This document shows, one piece after another, positions 24,978 to 37,179 of a stretch of DNA of 64,000 nucleotides. How positions within the stretch are numbered: position 1 is the first letter of the stretch; every line of letters begins with the position of its first letter. The DNA lies in NCBI GenBank assembly GCA_003971905.1, contig RSEE01000031.1:62001-126000 (forward strand), read 5' to 3'. The position numbers and the translations under genes were made by a program. The notes beneath the pieces are model-generated. The model did no database searches and was not told the origin of the DNA. It saw only the letters and a list, made by a program, of their open reading frames with translations. The DNA is from Moniliella sp. 'wahieum'. Lineage: Eukaryota.

Positions 24978-27736
24978 ATGTCCATGTCTTACGGTGACAA
25001 GGAGGATCGGGCCAGGAGCCGTCATTGACGATCAACGGCTCCAGAACCTCTACCCTACGACAAGACCATGAAGCTGCGTTTGACGGCATTGAACGCGACA
25101 TTCGTCACGAAATCACGGATGGTCGTCTGAACGACCCCAACCTTGATCCTGCCTTGTTGCGTGAGGCTGACTGGGCACTGAACAAGGGGGACGAGAAGGC
25201 GGAACTGCGCCTGGAGGATGTAATTGAAGATGATTCTATTTACCCTGAGGTCCGCGCCGCCGTGAGCAATGTCGACGACTACAGCATGAAGGCTAATACC
25301 TTCCGTGCCTGGTTCATGGGCATTGCCTGCACTGTGCTCAGTGGCATCAACATGTACTTCTCAGCTCAAGTATGTTTCCACATTGGTTGCGTGGTTTTAG
25401 GATGAGAGGCGTATGTGTCTGATCTGATTGTGTTACTCTGTACAGTGGCCCCAAATCACATTTCCATCGATTGCAGTGCAACTGTTTGCCTACCCCATTG
25501 GTGTAGCCATGGCCAAATCCCTTACCCGCGCCACTGGCCGCTGGCGACTGGTTCAATCCAGGTCCCTTTAACATTAAAGAGCACACCATGATCTCGGTGA
25601 TGGCCACTGTCGGGGTGGGTTCAGCCTATAGTACCGACATCTTTATCACCCAGCATGCCTTTTACGGTCAACATCTCACAGCAGGGTACATGATCCTACT
25701 TACTCTGTCGACGCAGATGATCGGTTTCTCGTACGCCGGGTGTTGTCGCCAGATCCTTGTTTGGCCCGCGTCGATGATTGGCCAGTGAATCTAATCAACA
25801 CAGCCTTCCTTACCTCGATGCACGAGAACAAAAAGGTTGGTAGCTTCCGTGGCTGGTCTCGGTTCAAGATGTTTTCCGTTGCGGCAGCGTATTTTTTGTG
25901 TGGGAAGTTGTTCCCAACTACCTCTTTACCGGTTTGTCCGTTTTCTTGGCCCGCCTGGATCGCACCCAAGAACAAGGGGGTGAACCTCGTGTTTGGTGGC
26001 ACGGGCGGGATCGGGTTCAACTTTATCTCTCTCGACTGGATGCAGGTCTCCAGTGCCCTTGGCTCGCCCATCTATGTTCCCTGGTTTGCGATCGCCAATA
26101 CGATGTAGGGTATATGCTGATGATTGGCTTGGTTGCTCCCATAATATGGGCCACCAACACTAGGTACACTGGCTACCTCACTTTTAGCAACTCGGGAATC
26201 TACGACCGATTTGGTCAAGAGTATAGTGTCGACTACGTGGTGAACGAGAACCTTGAATTGGACACGGCCAAGTACGAATCCTACTCAAGGAGTACCTGAG
26301 CGCAGTACGTTGTACTCCTTATTCTTCTTCTCTCATGGTATTAGACCCCCCTGTCGCCAAATACTGACGGACCATATGTGATTGGGGGGGAAAAAGACGT
26401 TCCTTATTAGCTACTGCCTCAGCTTTGCTGTCATCACTGCTACATTAAGCCAGGTGGGATTGTACTATTGGAAAGACATTGTGCGGCAATGCCGTCGATC
26501 GCTCCACGAGGAGCCTGACATCCACGCTCGTCTCATGTCGCGGTACAAGAAGTACCGTATTGGTGGTACGCAGCCATCTTTGGCATCTCATTTGGTTTGG
26601 CGATCCCGTCGATTTACGTGTACAAGACACAGCTGCCCATTTGGATGTTTATTGTGGCGTTACTGATGAGTGCCGTGTACACTGTTCCGATTGGCATCAT
26701 CACTGCCATCACGTCCAACACCCCGGGCCTCAACGTGATTAGTGAGTTGATTGTAGGGTATGCTATTCCCGGTCGGCCGGTTGCTATGATGATCTTCAAA
26801 ACGTTTGGCTACATGACCATGGCGCAAGCAGTGACCTTTGTCCAGGACCTCAAGTTGGGTCATTACATGAAGGTACCCCCCGGGACATGTTCTGGGCTCA
26901 GATCGTCTCTACTGTATGGGCTTGCATTGTCCAAGTTGGCGTCACTGCTTTCCTCTTCAAGTCTACCCACAACCTTTGCGGCGCAACCCCAACGAGCCAA
27001 TCCGTCCTGCCCACTTTACCTGCCAGTACCAAAAGACGTTTAGCTCAAGTGCGATCGTGTTCGGTTTGATTGGCCCAGGTACGTGAAGAGATCAGACACA
27101 CCATGTGTGTGGGCCTATAAAGGGCTTGCTGAACCATTGGAGAAACTGACGAGACGTGTGTGGCGGTATGGATTGTTTGTCCCTCCCGAAACAGGCCGTA
27201 CATTTGCTGTGGGGAAAACATATGGGGCGCTCAACATCATGTTCATCATTGGTGCAGTGATTCCGATCCCGACGTGGCTGATTGCCAAAAAGTACCCCAA
27301 CTCGTGGGTGCGTCTGATCAATTGGCCTGTCTTTTTCGGTGCGACGGGCATGATGCCACCGGCAACGGGGATCAACTTTACGTCCTGGTTCATTGTTGGC
27401 TGGTTCTTCCAGTACTTCCTCCGTCGCCACTACTTTGAGTTTTGGAGCGACTATAATTACGTCTTGTCGGCCGGATTTGACGTGGGCAGTTCGTTGGTCT
27501 CGTTTCTGCTGAGCGTGTGTCTCGAGGTGCCCGACACGCCCAAACTCGCTACAGACAATGTGTTTGCCGGCGATAATCTCTGGTGGGGGAACAAGGTGGA
27601 GAGCAACAATTTACAAGGCGCCTCGAGCTCGTCCACAAGCCCGTTCCGCCACTCGGTTTGCTCCTGCGCCCAACGGGAAGTGGCTGCCCAATCCGATCCC
27701 ACCCTCTTCTGGTTCGTCTTGACGGCGGCCGGATGA
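24978..27736 (+). CDS. OPT-family oligopeptide transporter (Isp4/Opt-like)
   Basis: EDDSIYPEVRAAVSNVDD...NTFRAW; NPGPFNIKEH; EEPDIHARLMSRY; PGRPVAMMIFKTFGY; DLKLGHYMKVPP; MPPATGINF; YNYVLSAGFD; ends approximate. Confidence 0.95.
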
Positions 27737-28095
27737 CATCGGATCACACCTTAGATCCTCGTGCCATTTTCTAAACCATTCTTGTGTTCAACTTTTCTCC
27801 TTGTCTCCTTGGCTCTGTACCCTTTTGCTATGGCCCCCATGCTGTTTTGACAGTTCATGCACATACTATAGAGCCTACTACCTCGTGTTGATATTCCTGT
27901 GTTCCAGTATGCATGTGACATTATACTTGTTCTGCTTCCAAGTGCGATGCATGGTGATAGCCCTCGCTGTGCCTTTTTGAAGGGTATGGCCCGGGTGCAG
28001 AAGTGAGCCGCACCCAAAAGGCCCCGTAACACCAGCATATTCATCCCATCCAGCTGAGGAGCAGATGCCTACCCAATGTGAGCAAGGAGGGAGAC

Positions 28096-31000
28096 TCATG
28101 CCCTCCGAAGCACATCCTGTCCCCTGTCCCTCATTTGTAGGGCATGGGACGAGTATGTTGAGCAGCGCGGAGGAAGCGCGTAGAGCGCTTGGCGTTGGTC
28201 ATTTTGAACATGCCTGCGCGGCGGAGAGTACGGAGGGGATGCGGTACCCCTTGGCCATGGCCTTGCGGTACTGACGACGTTGTTTGGCGCGTAGCCAGCG
28301 CTTGCGCAGCTGCTTGGGCGAACACCCGGGTCGTACGCTAGAGTCAACCGGTCGTCCGTTGGCATACCATGTGATGCAGCTGACACGACCAAGCCGCGAA
28401 TATCGGCGGTATCCTGGTGCGGACGTAAGGCCTCGGCTTCCATGCGGGCGCGAATGTCGGCCGGGACACCGGGCGCTGTACCACGTGCTTCGCCCGGGGT
28501 GATGCCGTGCCGTCCCTCGTACTCGTCCTCCTCGAGCTCGGTGAGACGGTACCGTCCCCGCTTCTCCTCCTTTCGTCGTAGTTCGCGGTACACATGGTTA
28601 TCCAGTCGCTGGTGGACAAGTTTGCGCAGCTGGATCGCCACACGCTTGCTCAACTTGGCTTCACTCTGCGTGCACGAGCTTTACTTTGTACCTCGGCCAA
28701 TTGGTCCTCTTTTGAGAGTGAGGCAAAGCGTTCCTTTTCTTCGAGCGCGCGTAGCTTGCGTTCCTCGCGAGTTGGGGCTTGCGTCCCTGCCGGGTGCAAT
28801 TCTCTTGCGCAGCTCCGCATCCACTCGTCCCACGGCTGCATGTCCATCTCGGCACACGACATCCATCCACCCATCGCACGCTTAACGAAGTACTTGGCGA
28901 CCCGATCCAAGTTCTTGTACCCACCTTTCATGTAACCCTGCGGAGTGAAGTCAGCAAGTTTGGTGAGGAAATGAGTAATGATGTTGGTGGGCGGCGGGGG
29001 CGACGGAAACGGAAAAAGCGGCTGTAATCCGGCACGGGCGGTCGATCCAAGTGCAAATCCATCTCCCGGTTCGTACTCCGCATCCATGGTGCCAATTCGG
29101 CCAGCTTGTCGGCCCTTGCTTGCTCGGCGGGAGTAAGCAGGACCTGTTCTTCCGCCTCCTGCTCCGTCGGCACCGCCGCAGGGTCCGCTTGCTGCACCAT
29201 TGCACCTGTCGAACCGGGTTCGGGCGTAGGCGCGAAAGGAGGCTCGAGCGTGACGGTGGTCGTCTGCGTGCGTTTGCAGGTGGGGTGAGGCGGCAAGAGG
29301 GAGGGCGTGGGCGTTATCGATGGAGAAGGGCCCGAAGAAGGGGGCATAGGCTCAGGTACAGGCGCAGGTGCAGGTGCAGGCGAAGAGGGAGACGAGGAGG
29401 GGGGCAAGGTATCCTTGCTGGGAGAAGGGGCTAACTTTGATCCTGCCTGGCAGGGCAGCATCCGTCGCACTAGCATCCTCTTGTGCCGTCGCCGGATGCA
29501 CATCCTCGGCTCCCTGCTCCAGCAAGGGAGCAGTTTGCTTCTTTAATTTGGCTGCTTTCTTGCTCTTGTCCCATTCCAGCTGGGTTTCCATGGCTCTTCC
29601 TCAGGGAGAGCAGGTGCGGATTTGTGTGCATCGGCGAGGTGGCGGGGCAATGGCGTTGAGGGTGCTTGGAGGATACGTTCCAGTTCCTCGGGGGGCGTAG
29701 CGAGGATCTTAAGTCGCTGCCGCTCGCGCCAGGTCCAACTGACGCCGGTATTGTCGTTTTGCTTGAAGAGGATATATTCGGCAACAATTTGCGGGTCCTT
29801 GTTGGGATTAGGGATGGCGCCAACAAGGGTGAGCTTCATGGCCCGATGCAAGGCCATGGTACCGGCCCCAATGTAAGGCACGTTGATGCCGGGTGTATCG
29901 TAGATGTAAACGGGCGGGACTGTGCGTCTCTCATGTTTGATGTGCTCAGGCAACCGATCAAACTTGAGCTGATCCAACACCTTTTTTCGGCCATGCGAAC
30001 CTTCGTGGAACTTGGCGAATCCATATCTCCGTCTCTCTCCGGTCACGCGAACCGGGGTAGAAACTTTCTCAGTGCCACGAATTCGATGGTCTCCGTCATG
30101 GCTTTCGAGCCGTTCACACCCACTCGACGCACAGCGTTGACCAAGGACGATTTTCCACTGTTGGGCATACCAAGTGCGACGGCGCGGATGGCCCATTCGG
30201 GCTCGTTGGCGCCACGAAAGGCACCCTTGGCGGTACGAGGGGTAAACCAGGTACTGACATCACTCGGAATGAGACTCAGTTCGCGCGCGCGGTCCTTCAG
30301 CCATTGCACTACCGGTTTAATATCATCGTTTTTGTGCGTGTCGACAAACATGACTTGACCATAAGCCTTGGGCAAACCGAACGGGTCTGTTTACGCTCGA
30401 TACCTGCCGCAAAGCTTCTTTGAGCCGAGGATCGATCAAGTCGGCGCGGGTGTAGACGACAAGGCGGGCAAAGCAGCGGGAAGCATGGGCTCCAAATCCA
30501 GGTCCTTGAGCGTCCTGGCATGGGGGCGATATTTGAGACGAGCGATTTCATGGTGTCTACGACCGCCTGGAGTGGCAGCTCACCACGGGCGCGGCGGCGT
30601 GCGGACAGCGAGCATGTCTTTTGGATTGGGCAGCTGCAGCATTTTTTCAAACACGGGTTGATACTAGTGAGGGGGATGCGCGGCATCGCGGACCTCAATG
30701 ACGAGGGGCAAACGGCCAGTTTGGGCGCGGGCCTTGGGAGGAGATGGGCATGTTGCGTTCGGGTACCTCTGGTGGCCTGATACCACCCTTTGGTGGCAGC
30801 CGCGACGGTTACCTTGTCGGCGGGGGAAAGGACGAGGCCGTCTTCGTTGTCCTCGTGGTAGTTGGGGTTGACAACCGCATTGGAGTGGCGACGGGGAAGT
30901 CAAAGAACTGGGGGTGCTGGAAGGCAAGGGTGGGGTGTTGGTCCAGGAGCTCGAGCGCGCGGCCAATGTTGGCCTCATGCTCGGTGGAAGGAGAGAGGGC

Positions 31001-31293
31001 TGTTGCGGGCAGAAAGGCAGCCTCGCTGGCGCTGAGCGTGGCACCGGAGCCAGGGGCTTTGGCGGCAGCGGCAGGCTTCGTCTCTGCTTGGCCGACCATG
31101 GCCTCGACAATGTGGAGCTTGGCCTTGCGGCGCGCTCCTTCCTGACAGCACGGAGGGTGGAGGCGAGGCGGGCGGTGGGGGTGGTGGGACGGGGGACGGG
31201 CAAGCCGGCGATGGCAGGCCCAGGCGGGTGGCGGAGGGGGCGGAGATGTGTGGGGCGAGGGAGCAGCCGCCCCAGACGCCAGACGGAGGACAT
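28096..31293 (-). CDS. MTG1: mitochondrial ribosome-assembly GTPase Mtg1 (RbgA/YlqF family) with insertion and C-terminal extension
   Basis: Presequence-like MSSVWRLGRLLPR; W-Y-(P)-GHQ; LVIEVRDA/RIPLTSINP; ALGMPNSGKSSLVNAVR (G1); YIYDTPG (G3); C-terminal GGYKNLDRVAKYFVKR; many frameshifts. Confidence 0.85.
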
Positions 31294-32902
31294 GGCGGTG
31301 GTGAGGGGGGAGGAGGGTGCTTAAACGAGCCGACAGAGCAGGAAAGAGCAAAGCATTTTATTCGGCGAACCACGCCGCCCATTCCGCTGCGCCGCCCCAT
31401 ACGCCAAAGTTGAGAGCAGGCTCGGCAGGCTAACTTGCACCCGAGGCAGCGACGATCATAAGGACGAGATGAACGTTGCTTCCCCTCACCACGCCCCCTC
31501 TCCCTCCCCCCCGCCCATCGACGGCCCGCGCAGGCCCATTTTACAACTCCATCGGCGCTCCTCGCCGCCTACGCTATTTACTGCCTGACGAACACGCATA
31601 TCTTCGCTCCCATCTCACCCACCACCTCAAACGGCAACCCTCCTTTATCTTAGTAGCTTCCAGGGCGGGAGGGCCATCGGTAAAAAATCATCCTGCTCCT
31701 TCTAGAAGACCAACACGGGGCGGGAAAATGAGCCGTATCCGTCCCCGCACCACGACTCCCGCAGCATCCGCAGCACCGCATCTTAGCACTTCCCTGCTCA
31801 AGGGAGCAGGACTGTACGAGAAGTGAGTGTGCTGGGGTGCAGTGGATGGTCAACCCCTGGAATTGGATCAGGTCAAGGTCCGAATCGTGGAAGGGGAGCA
31901 CGAGACGTCTTTTGATGACCAACGTCCAGGTCTTTTACAGAAGTCTTTGGTTCTTGCGTCCTATAACAGCGCGGAAATGGGGGGAAGGTGATGGCGGGGA
32001 TTGAAGGGGTAGCAACTGGTCCATTCTGTCAGGGTTTCCCGCTTGCAGGCGACTTGGCATAGGTCAAGACCTCAATGAGGTCAGTTGTCATGAGCGGACC
32101 CTCCCGGAGTGGAGCCCGATTCATAGTTCAAGGGCGCTTTCCCTTGGAGCAGGACAGGCCACTCATTACTCACGGTTGAGCCCGAACACTACTGCAGATC
32201 TGGAAGGAGCTAGATACGAGGTGAGCCGGCGCTGCCTCTCAATTGGGGTGTAGGTTGCGTATGCGCCAGGACGAGCTAGCAGCGTACCCAGTGTCAGGGA
32301 TGACGTCGATGACGGTCACCAATGAGATCTGACTGGCTGAGCCTGATGAGAGGCGGCCTGAGGCTTGAGGGCGCGGGCCTCCGCCAATCTCGGGGATAGG
32401 GTTGCCGAGTCCCAGGGGTTCAGCGTTAGCGGCTCATTAGCGCTTATATCCGCTCCCCGCAGCTCTTCCCTGGTGTGTACGTATGCGAGATGGTCGGAGC
32501 TAGTCCATGCTGGAGTATATTTATTCTTTGGGGGCACAGAGATTAAAAATAGTTGTGCTCTGCTGTTAATGAACCGCGTGCGTGGCACGTGCTGGCCAAT
32601 TGCAAGTAGGCATGGGCGAAGCCACCCTGGAATAACCCCATGGAAATGGGAGATTCAGCAAGGATGCGGGGTACTCCTGGGGCATCCGCGGTACCTCCCG
32701 TCAATATTCAATGGGCGCGGGGTTCCATTGTAAGTCATGTTCCTGCGGACTGTTGCGGAAGCTGCGAATGAGGCTGCGGAGGCCCGTCCGCGGCATTATT
32801 AAACTAACGATGCTCTATCGACGCATCTCCCTTTTTCCCGAACAAACCGACTTAAGTATCCTCGCTCAAGAGTAAGGTCATCTGAGCTGCGACCACACCA
32901 TC

Positions 32903-34591
32903 ATGTCCGCCGCTCAACAGATCATACGCAACACGGCCTTGCGTGTCGCTGCCATCCCAGAGGGCAATCACTTTACTGCTCTGATCGGCGGCCCTGTACC
33001 GGCCTCCTATCCCACGTTCGTCCGATTCGATGGCAAAACATTCACGTGCGTGGACTCTATTCTCTTTACCAATCTTGAGCATCCTCTTGCCCTCACAAGG
33101 AGAGGAACTGACTAGATTCGCGCTCATCAAGGCGAGGAGAGATAATCCGTCTCTCTCGGCAACTTGCCTATGCGTTTGTCCACCGCCTCCATCTCCACCC
33201 CGGGGACAAGGTTGCTCTCTTAAGCCCCAACTCGGTTTGGGTACCCATCGTTTTCTATGCTTGCTTTCTTGCCCGCATCGTCATCGTTCCTCTCAGTTAC
33301 TCGCTCACGGCCGAGGAACTTGCTCCTCTTCTCGCCGACTCCCAGCCCAAGATTCTGCTGTCAGGTGTTGCCACCCTTGCTACACGCCCAACAGGCCGGT
33401 GGTGACCTGCCGCTTTGGGTTGTGGATGATTCGGATGAGTACACGAGACGAGACATACGCACGCTCCTGACCCAGGAGGAAATGGAAATCCTTCCCCTTT
33501 CCGACCCAATGGAACCAGCTATGATTGGGTACAGTTCAGGAAAACGGGCAAGAGCAAAGGTGCCATATTGACCATCGAAACTTGAACGCCCAGTTGGTAC
33601 AATGCGTTTCCGCTTTCGCTTCTTATTGTCGTCAGGGGGATGTGACCGTGGCGTTTTTACCCCTTGGTCATGCGTTTGGATTGGTCCAGTATGTGCTCTA
33701 TACATTCCATGTGGGCATCACAACCGTCATCCACCCACGCTTTGAACTAGAACGGTTGCTCGACGCGGTACAACGCTGGCGGGTGCGCTACCTCTTTTCC
33801 CCGCCGCCCGTCCTGGTGCTCTTGGCCAAGCATCCAATGGTGGACAACTACGATCTCAGTTCACTAGAAGGCCTACTTGTCGGCGCTGCTCCGCTCAGCG
33901 AAAGTTTAACCACTGCGGTTCAAACCCGTCTTCCTCATATGACGGTATGCCAAGGCGCGGGGATGACAGAGACCACTTCCATTGTGACGCTAAGCATGCC
34001 CGACACGTACACACAAGCACCAGGCTCAGCGGGCAGGGTAGCTCCCTTAACTGAGATCCGCCTCGTCAATGACAAAGGAGAGGATGTCGCCTTTACCCAA
34101 AACCCCGATACAGGACGGAGCTATCCGGGAGAAATTTGGATCCGGGCCCCGATAGTGTTTCTGGTTACCTCAACAACCCTTCTGCCACCAAGGATACGAT
34201 GGAAGGGGATTGGCTCAAGTCAGGCGACGTGGGCGAACATCGCGACGGTTTCATCTGGTATGTTGATCGCCAGAAAGAGCTAATCAAGCACAAAGGGTTC
34301 CAAGTGGCTCCGTCGGAACTCGAAGCGTTGCTTCTTCAGCACCCGGATCTGAGCGACGCAGCGGTAGTGGGGTGTACTCGGGAAGAAGAGGCTACTGAGC
34401 TACCGAGAGCGTTTGTCGTTCCGCGCCACAAGGAGGTGAACGTTAGCGAGGTGAGGGCCTGGGTGGATTCCCGCGTTAGCTCACACAAACGCCTACGGGG
34501 TGGGGGTATATCTTGTTGCCTCGATTCCCAAATCGCCCAGTGGGAAGATCCTGCGACGAATTTGCGAGACCGGCCGCTACCCAAGCTGTGA
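32903..34591 (+). CDS. 4-coumarate:CoA-ligase-like AMP-binding enzyme with PTS1-like end
   Basis: YSSG..GKSKG (AMP-binding, across an indel); FLPLGHAFGL; QGAGMTETT; GEIWIR; WLKSGDVG; VDRQKELIKHKGFQVAPSELE; IPKSPSGKILRR; ends PKL*; intron at about 33046-33114. Confidence 0.92.
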
Positions 34592-34950
34592 TGCATGTGA
34601 TCCGTACCCTTATCTGTTTTCTTATCCAGTGAAGCCTTCGGCTTCGGGTCGAACCTCTGATGGCCCTTCCAGCTTCCTCCGTCCTGTGCCTTCAGCCACC
34701 AACAAACTTTTGAATGATCGATGCTAGTTATTGTAATATGATGATCTGTCTGGTCTTACTTCTCTCACCGGCCTAACCGTCGCTCCTGATAGGACTATCG
34801 AGCGGGAAGATGTGCTAATTGGTCTGGAAGAGCGATCGAAGAAGACCAGGAAAAACGAAACAACAGAAGGTGTATGTGGTGGCGACAGCCGTGATTAAAT
34901 GTTGGGACAGGTCCTGTGTGTTGGTACTGGCGTCGAGGACAGTTGTGGAG

Positions 34951-35020
34951 CACGTGATCGGGTCGACACGTGACGGTACAGTTCAGTCCAAACCCTAAGT
35001 CCGAGTCATCTTAGGGTTAG
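34951..35020. promoter_or_regulatory. two RTCACGTG E-boxes plus an inverted AAACCCTAA/TTAGGGTT pair upstream of RPL36
   Basis: cacgtgat 34951, cacgtgac 34967, aaaccctaag 34990, cttagggttag 35010; about 190-260 nt upstream of the ATG. Confidence 0.6.
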
Positions 35021-35209
35021 AAGAAATTACCGCAGCAGAATGAAGTTAGTGTGGCCGGTTGCCGGCCCGATCACCCATTCCGCCCATCCAGCACAAGGGC
35101 AGTCCGCCATCCTTCCCGGCCGCTCGCCCGTCCGGCCCCGGCGAATCTGCCCCCGTCAAAGCCAACACCCAAGTGCGCTGGTTTCATCCACCACAGCAAG
35201 TCAATCCCC

Positions 35210-35645
35210 ATGGTCCGCAACTCGTCCAACCCCGTGCACAAGGCTACTGTTGAGCGCTCCGGCCTCGCCTGGGGCATTGCCCGTGGCCACAAGACCGAGC
35301 GCCGCGTTGTCCCTGCCCGCCCGGCGGCGATGAAGGGCCACACGTCGCAACGCAACTTGATTGTCAAGTCGGTCATTCGCGAGGTGGCTGGCTTTGCGCC
35401 GTACGAGCGTCGCGCGATGGAGCTCCTTCGTAACTCGAAGGTATGTCCACCGCCTTTTAACTGTCCCCTCTGGCTACTCCTTCCCTGTCCTGCCCTCTCC
35501 GGTTTCATGTACTGACTCGAGTGCGCTCTAGGACAAGCGTGCGCGCAAGTTCATGAAGAAGCGCTTGGGCACCCTTAAGCGCGCCAAGGCTAAGGTCGAG
35601 GCGTTGCAGAACGTGATTGCCGAGCAGCGTCGTGCTGGGCACTAA
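35210..35645 (+). CDS. RPL36: 60S ribosomal protein L36 (eL36), one intron
   Basis: MVRNSS...RSGLAWGIARGHKT...VKSVIREVAGFAPYERRAMELLRNSK, intron 35441-35531 (GTATGT..TACTGAC..TAG), then DKRARKFMKKRLGTLKRAKAKVEALQNVIAEQRRAGH*. Confidence 0.98.
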
Positions 35646-37179
35646 GTGGCTCGTTCCCGTTGTCCTGGTCGAGTTACTTCTCCCATCTAGGCTGTTTGTT
35701 GGCTTGAGCCCAGGTGCCCAAGCATCCTCAAAACCCTCATGGAAATCTATGAGACCCCCCTGCCTATTGGGGGATACAGGCGCTCAAATCCGATGGGGAT
35801 GAGAACAGGTAGGGATGATGTAGTAGACATCGTGATCGGACGAAGAGACTAAAGCCCGCTACCAATTTTCGTCCGGTGGGTCGCTGAGGATGTGATAGCA
35901 CTCGTCCGTCGTTGCTCATCGCTTAACGCTTAATCGTCCCCGGTTAACGCCCTACAGAACCGACAACGAACGAGGCCTGGCCTGCGCTCCGAGTGGACGA
36001 GTAAAATGAGGTTTCCAGTGCGCACTCAAAACCACAATGATCGTAGAGCTGAGTCTCAGCCTTGATATTACAGTGCTTCTCCCCTATAGCCAATGCACTT
36101 GGCGCATTCTAACCAAGGGCGTGGGACGTATTGCAGAATGACGAATGGTATCTAAGCAGAGGCGCTGTTGCGACCGAGAGTTGACTTTCGAGTTTGAACG
36201 CCCTGAGCACCTGATCCTCTCAGTTCACGCCTGTGCGGCGTGGGGTGAATCTGATTAAACGGACCTTTACCACTACAACGGCCTTGGAACCTCTCTTTGT
36301 AACCCAGTCACTGTGTATTGACCACAGCGCCCATGGAATGATTAATGCTCACAGGCCTGGAGTATAGCGGGTATTACTTATCGGTCACTTCCCATGTGGG
36401 GGGAGAACAGACAAAACACAGATGCAGTGACCTGAGTGGTATCTTTGACAAAGAATCCCCATCCCTCATTCAACAAGTCGATATAGCCTACAACTGCTTC
36501 AGGTTGTACTATAAAATCCAGTTACTAGTACTGTCGCTATAGCTACTTCGCGCATTCGTATCACTTGCATTGACACATCATAAGACTGGGATAAAAAAAC
36601 GCTTTGCCTATCGGGGCTCGCTCATCCAGCGTATGCTGTGCTTGCTCGTACCAACCCCCACCCAAGAAGTCAGTGGAGTTGCCAGTGGGACCTTCTGGCA
36701 CCCTCTATTGGGGCTTCAAAATCGGAATGTAGCGCGCGTGGATACTCGCTGGGGCGTCGTTGTGCTAGACGGTAAGGATGTGAGCAATGCCTCGATAAAC
36801 AATCTCCAACGAGACTGCCCAGTAAACTTCCTCCAGCACTCGGCCTTGAACATCGTGTTGGCCGTTTTGGAGGCATTAGCAGTGCCTGCCCGCCGTGATG
36901 AGAAACCAACGGCGGGAAAAGAAAGGCGCAGATTTTGAGTGCGTCTCCATCCGAGTATATGACACTGATGGGCGTTTTTGTCATCTTCCGCTTGCTCCAA
37001 CAACAGTCGAGATGTTGCCGTCACTTCTCGTGTACCACACCTCCTATTACACGACCATGGCCTCCTTTGGACTCTTGCATTCGCAGTATAGCATTGGCAA
37101 AACTTGTAACTCCTGCGTCGTTCGAGCCAGGCAAGCCAGCTGCTAGAGTATTATATGATGGTACCTTTTCCTTGCACGA

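Noticed and set aside
31725..32300. Short spliced ORF divergent from MTG1 (MSRIRPRTTTP...)
   Set aside because: Interrupted by stops with no recognisable domain; not enough support.
36000..37150. Possible degenerate transposase ORFs downstream of RPL36
   Set aside because: No catalytic motif or termini could be identified.
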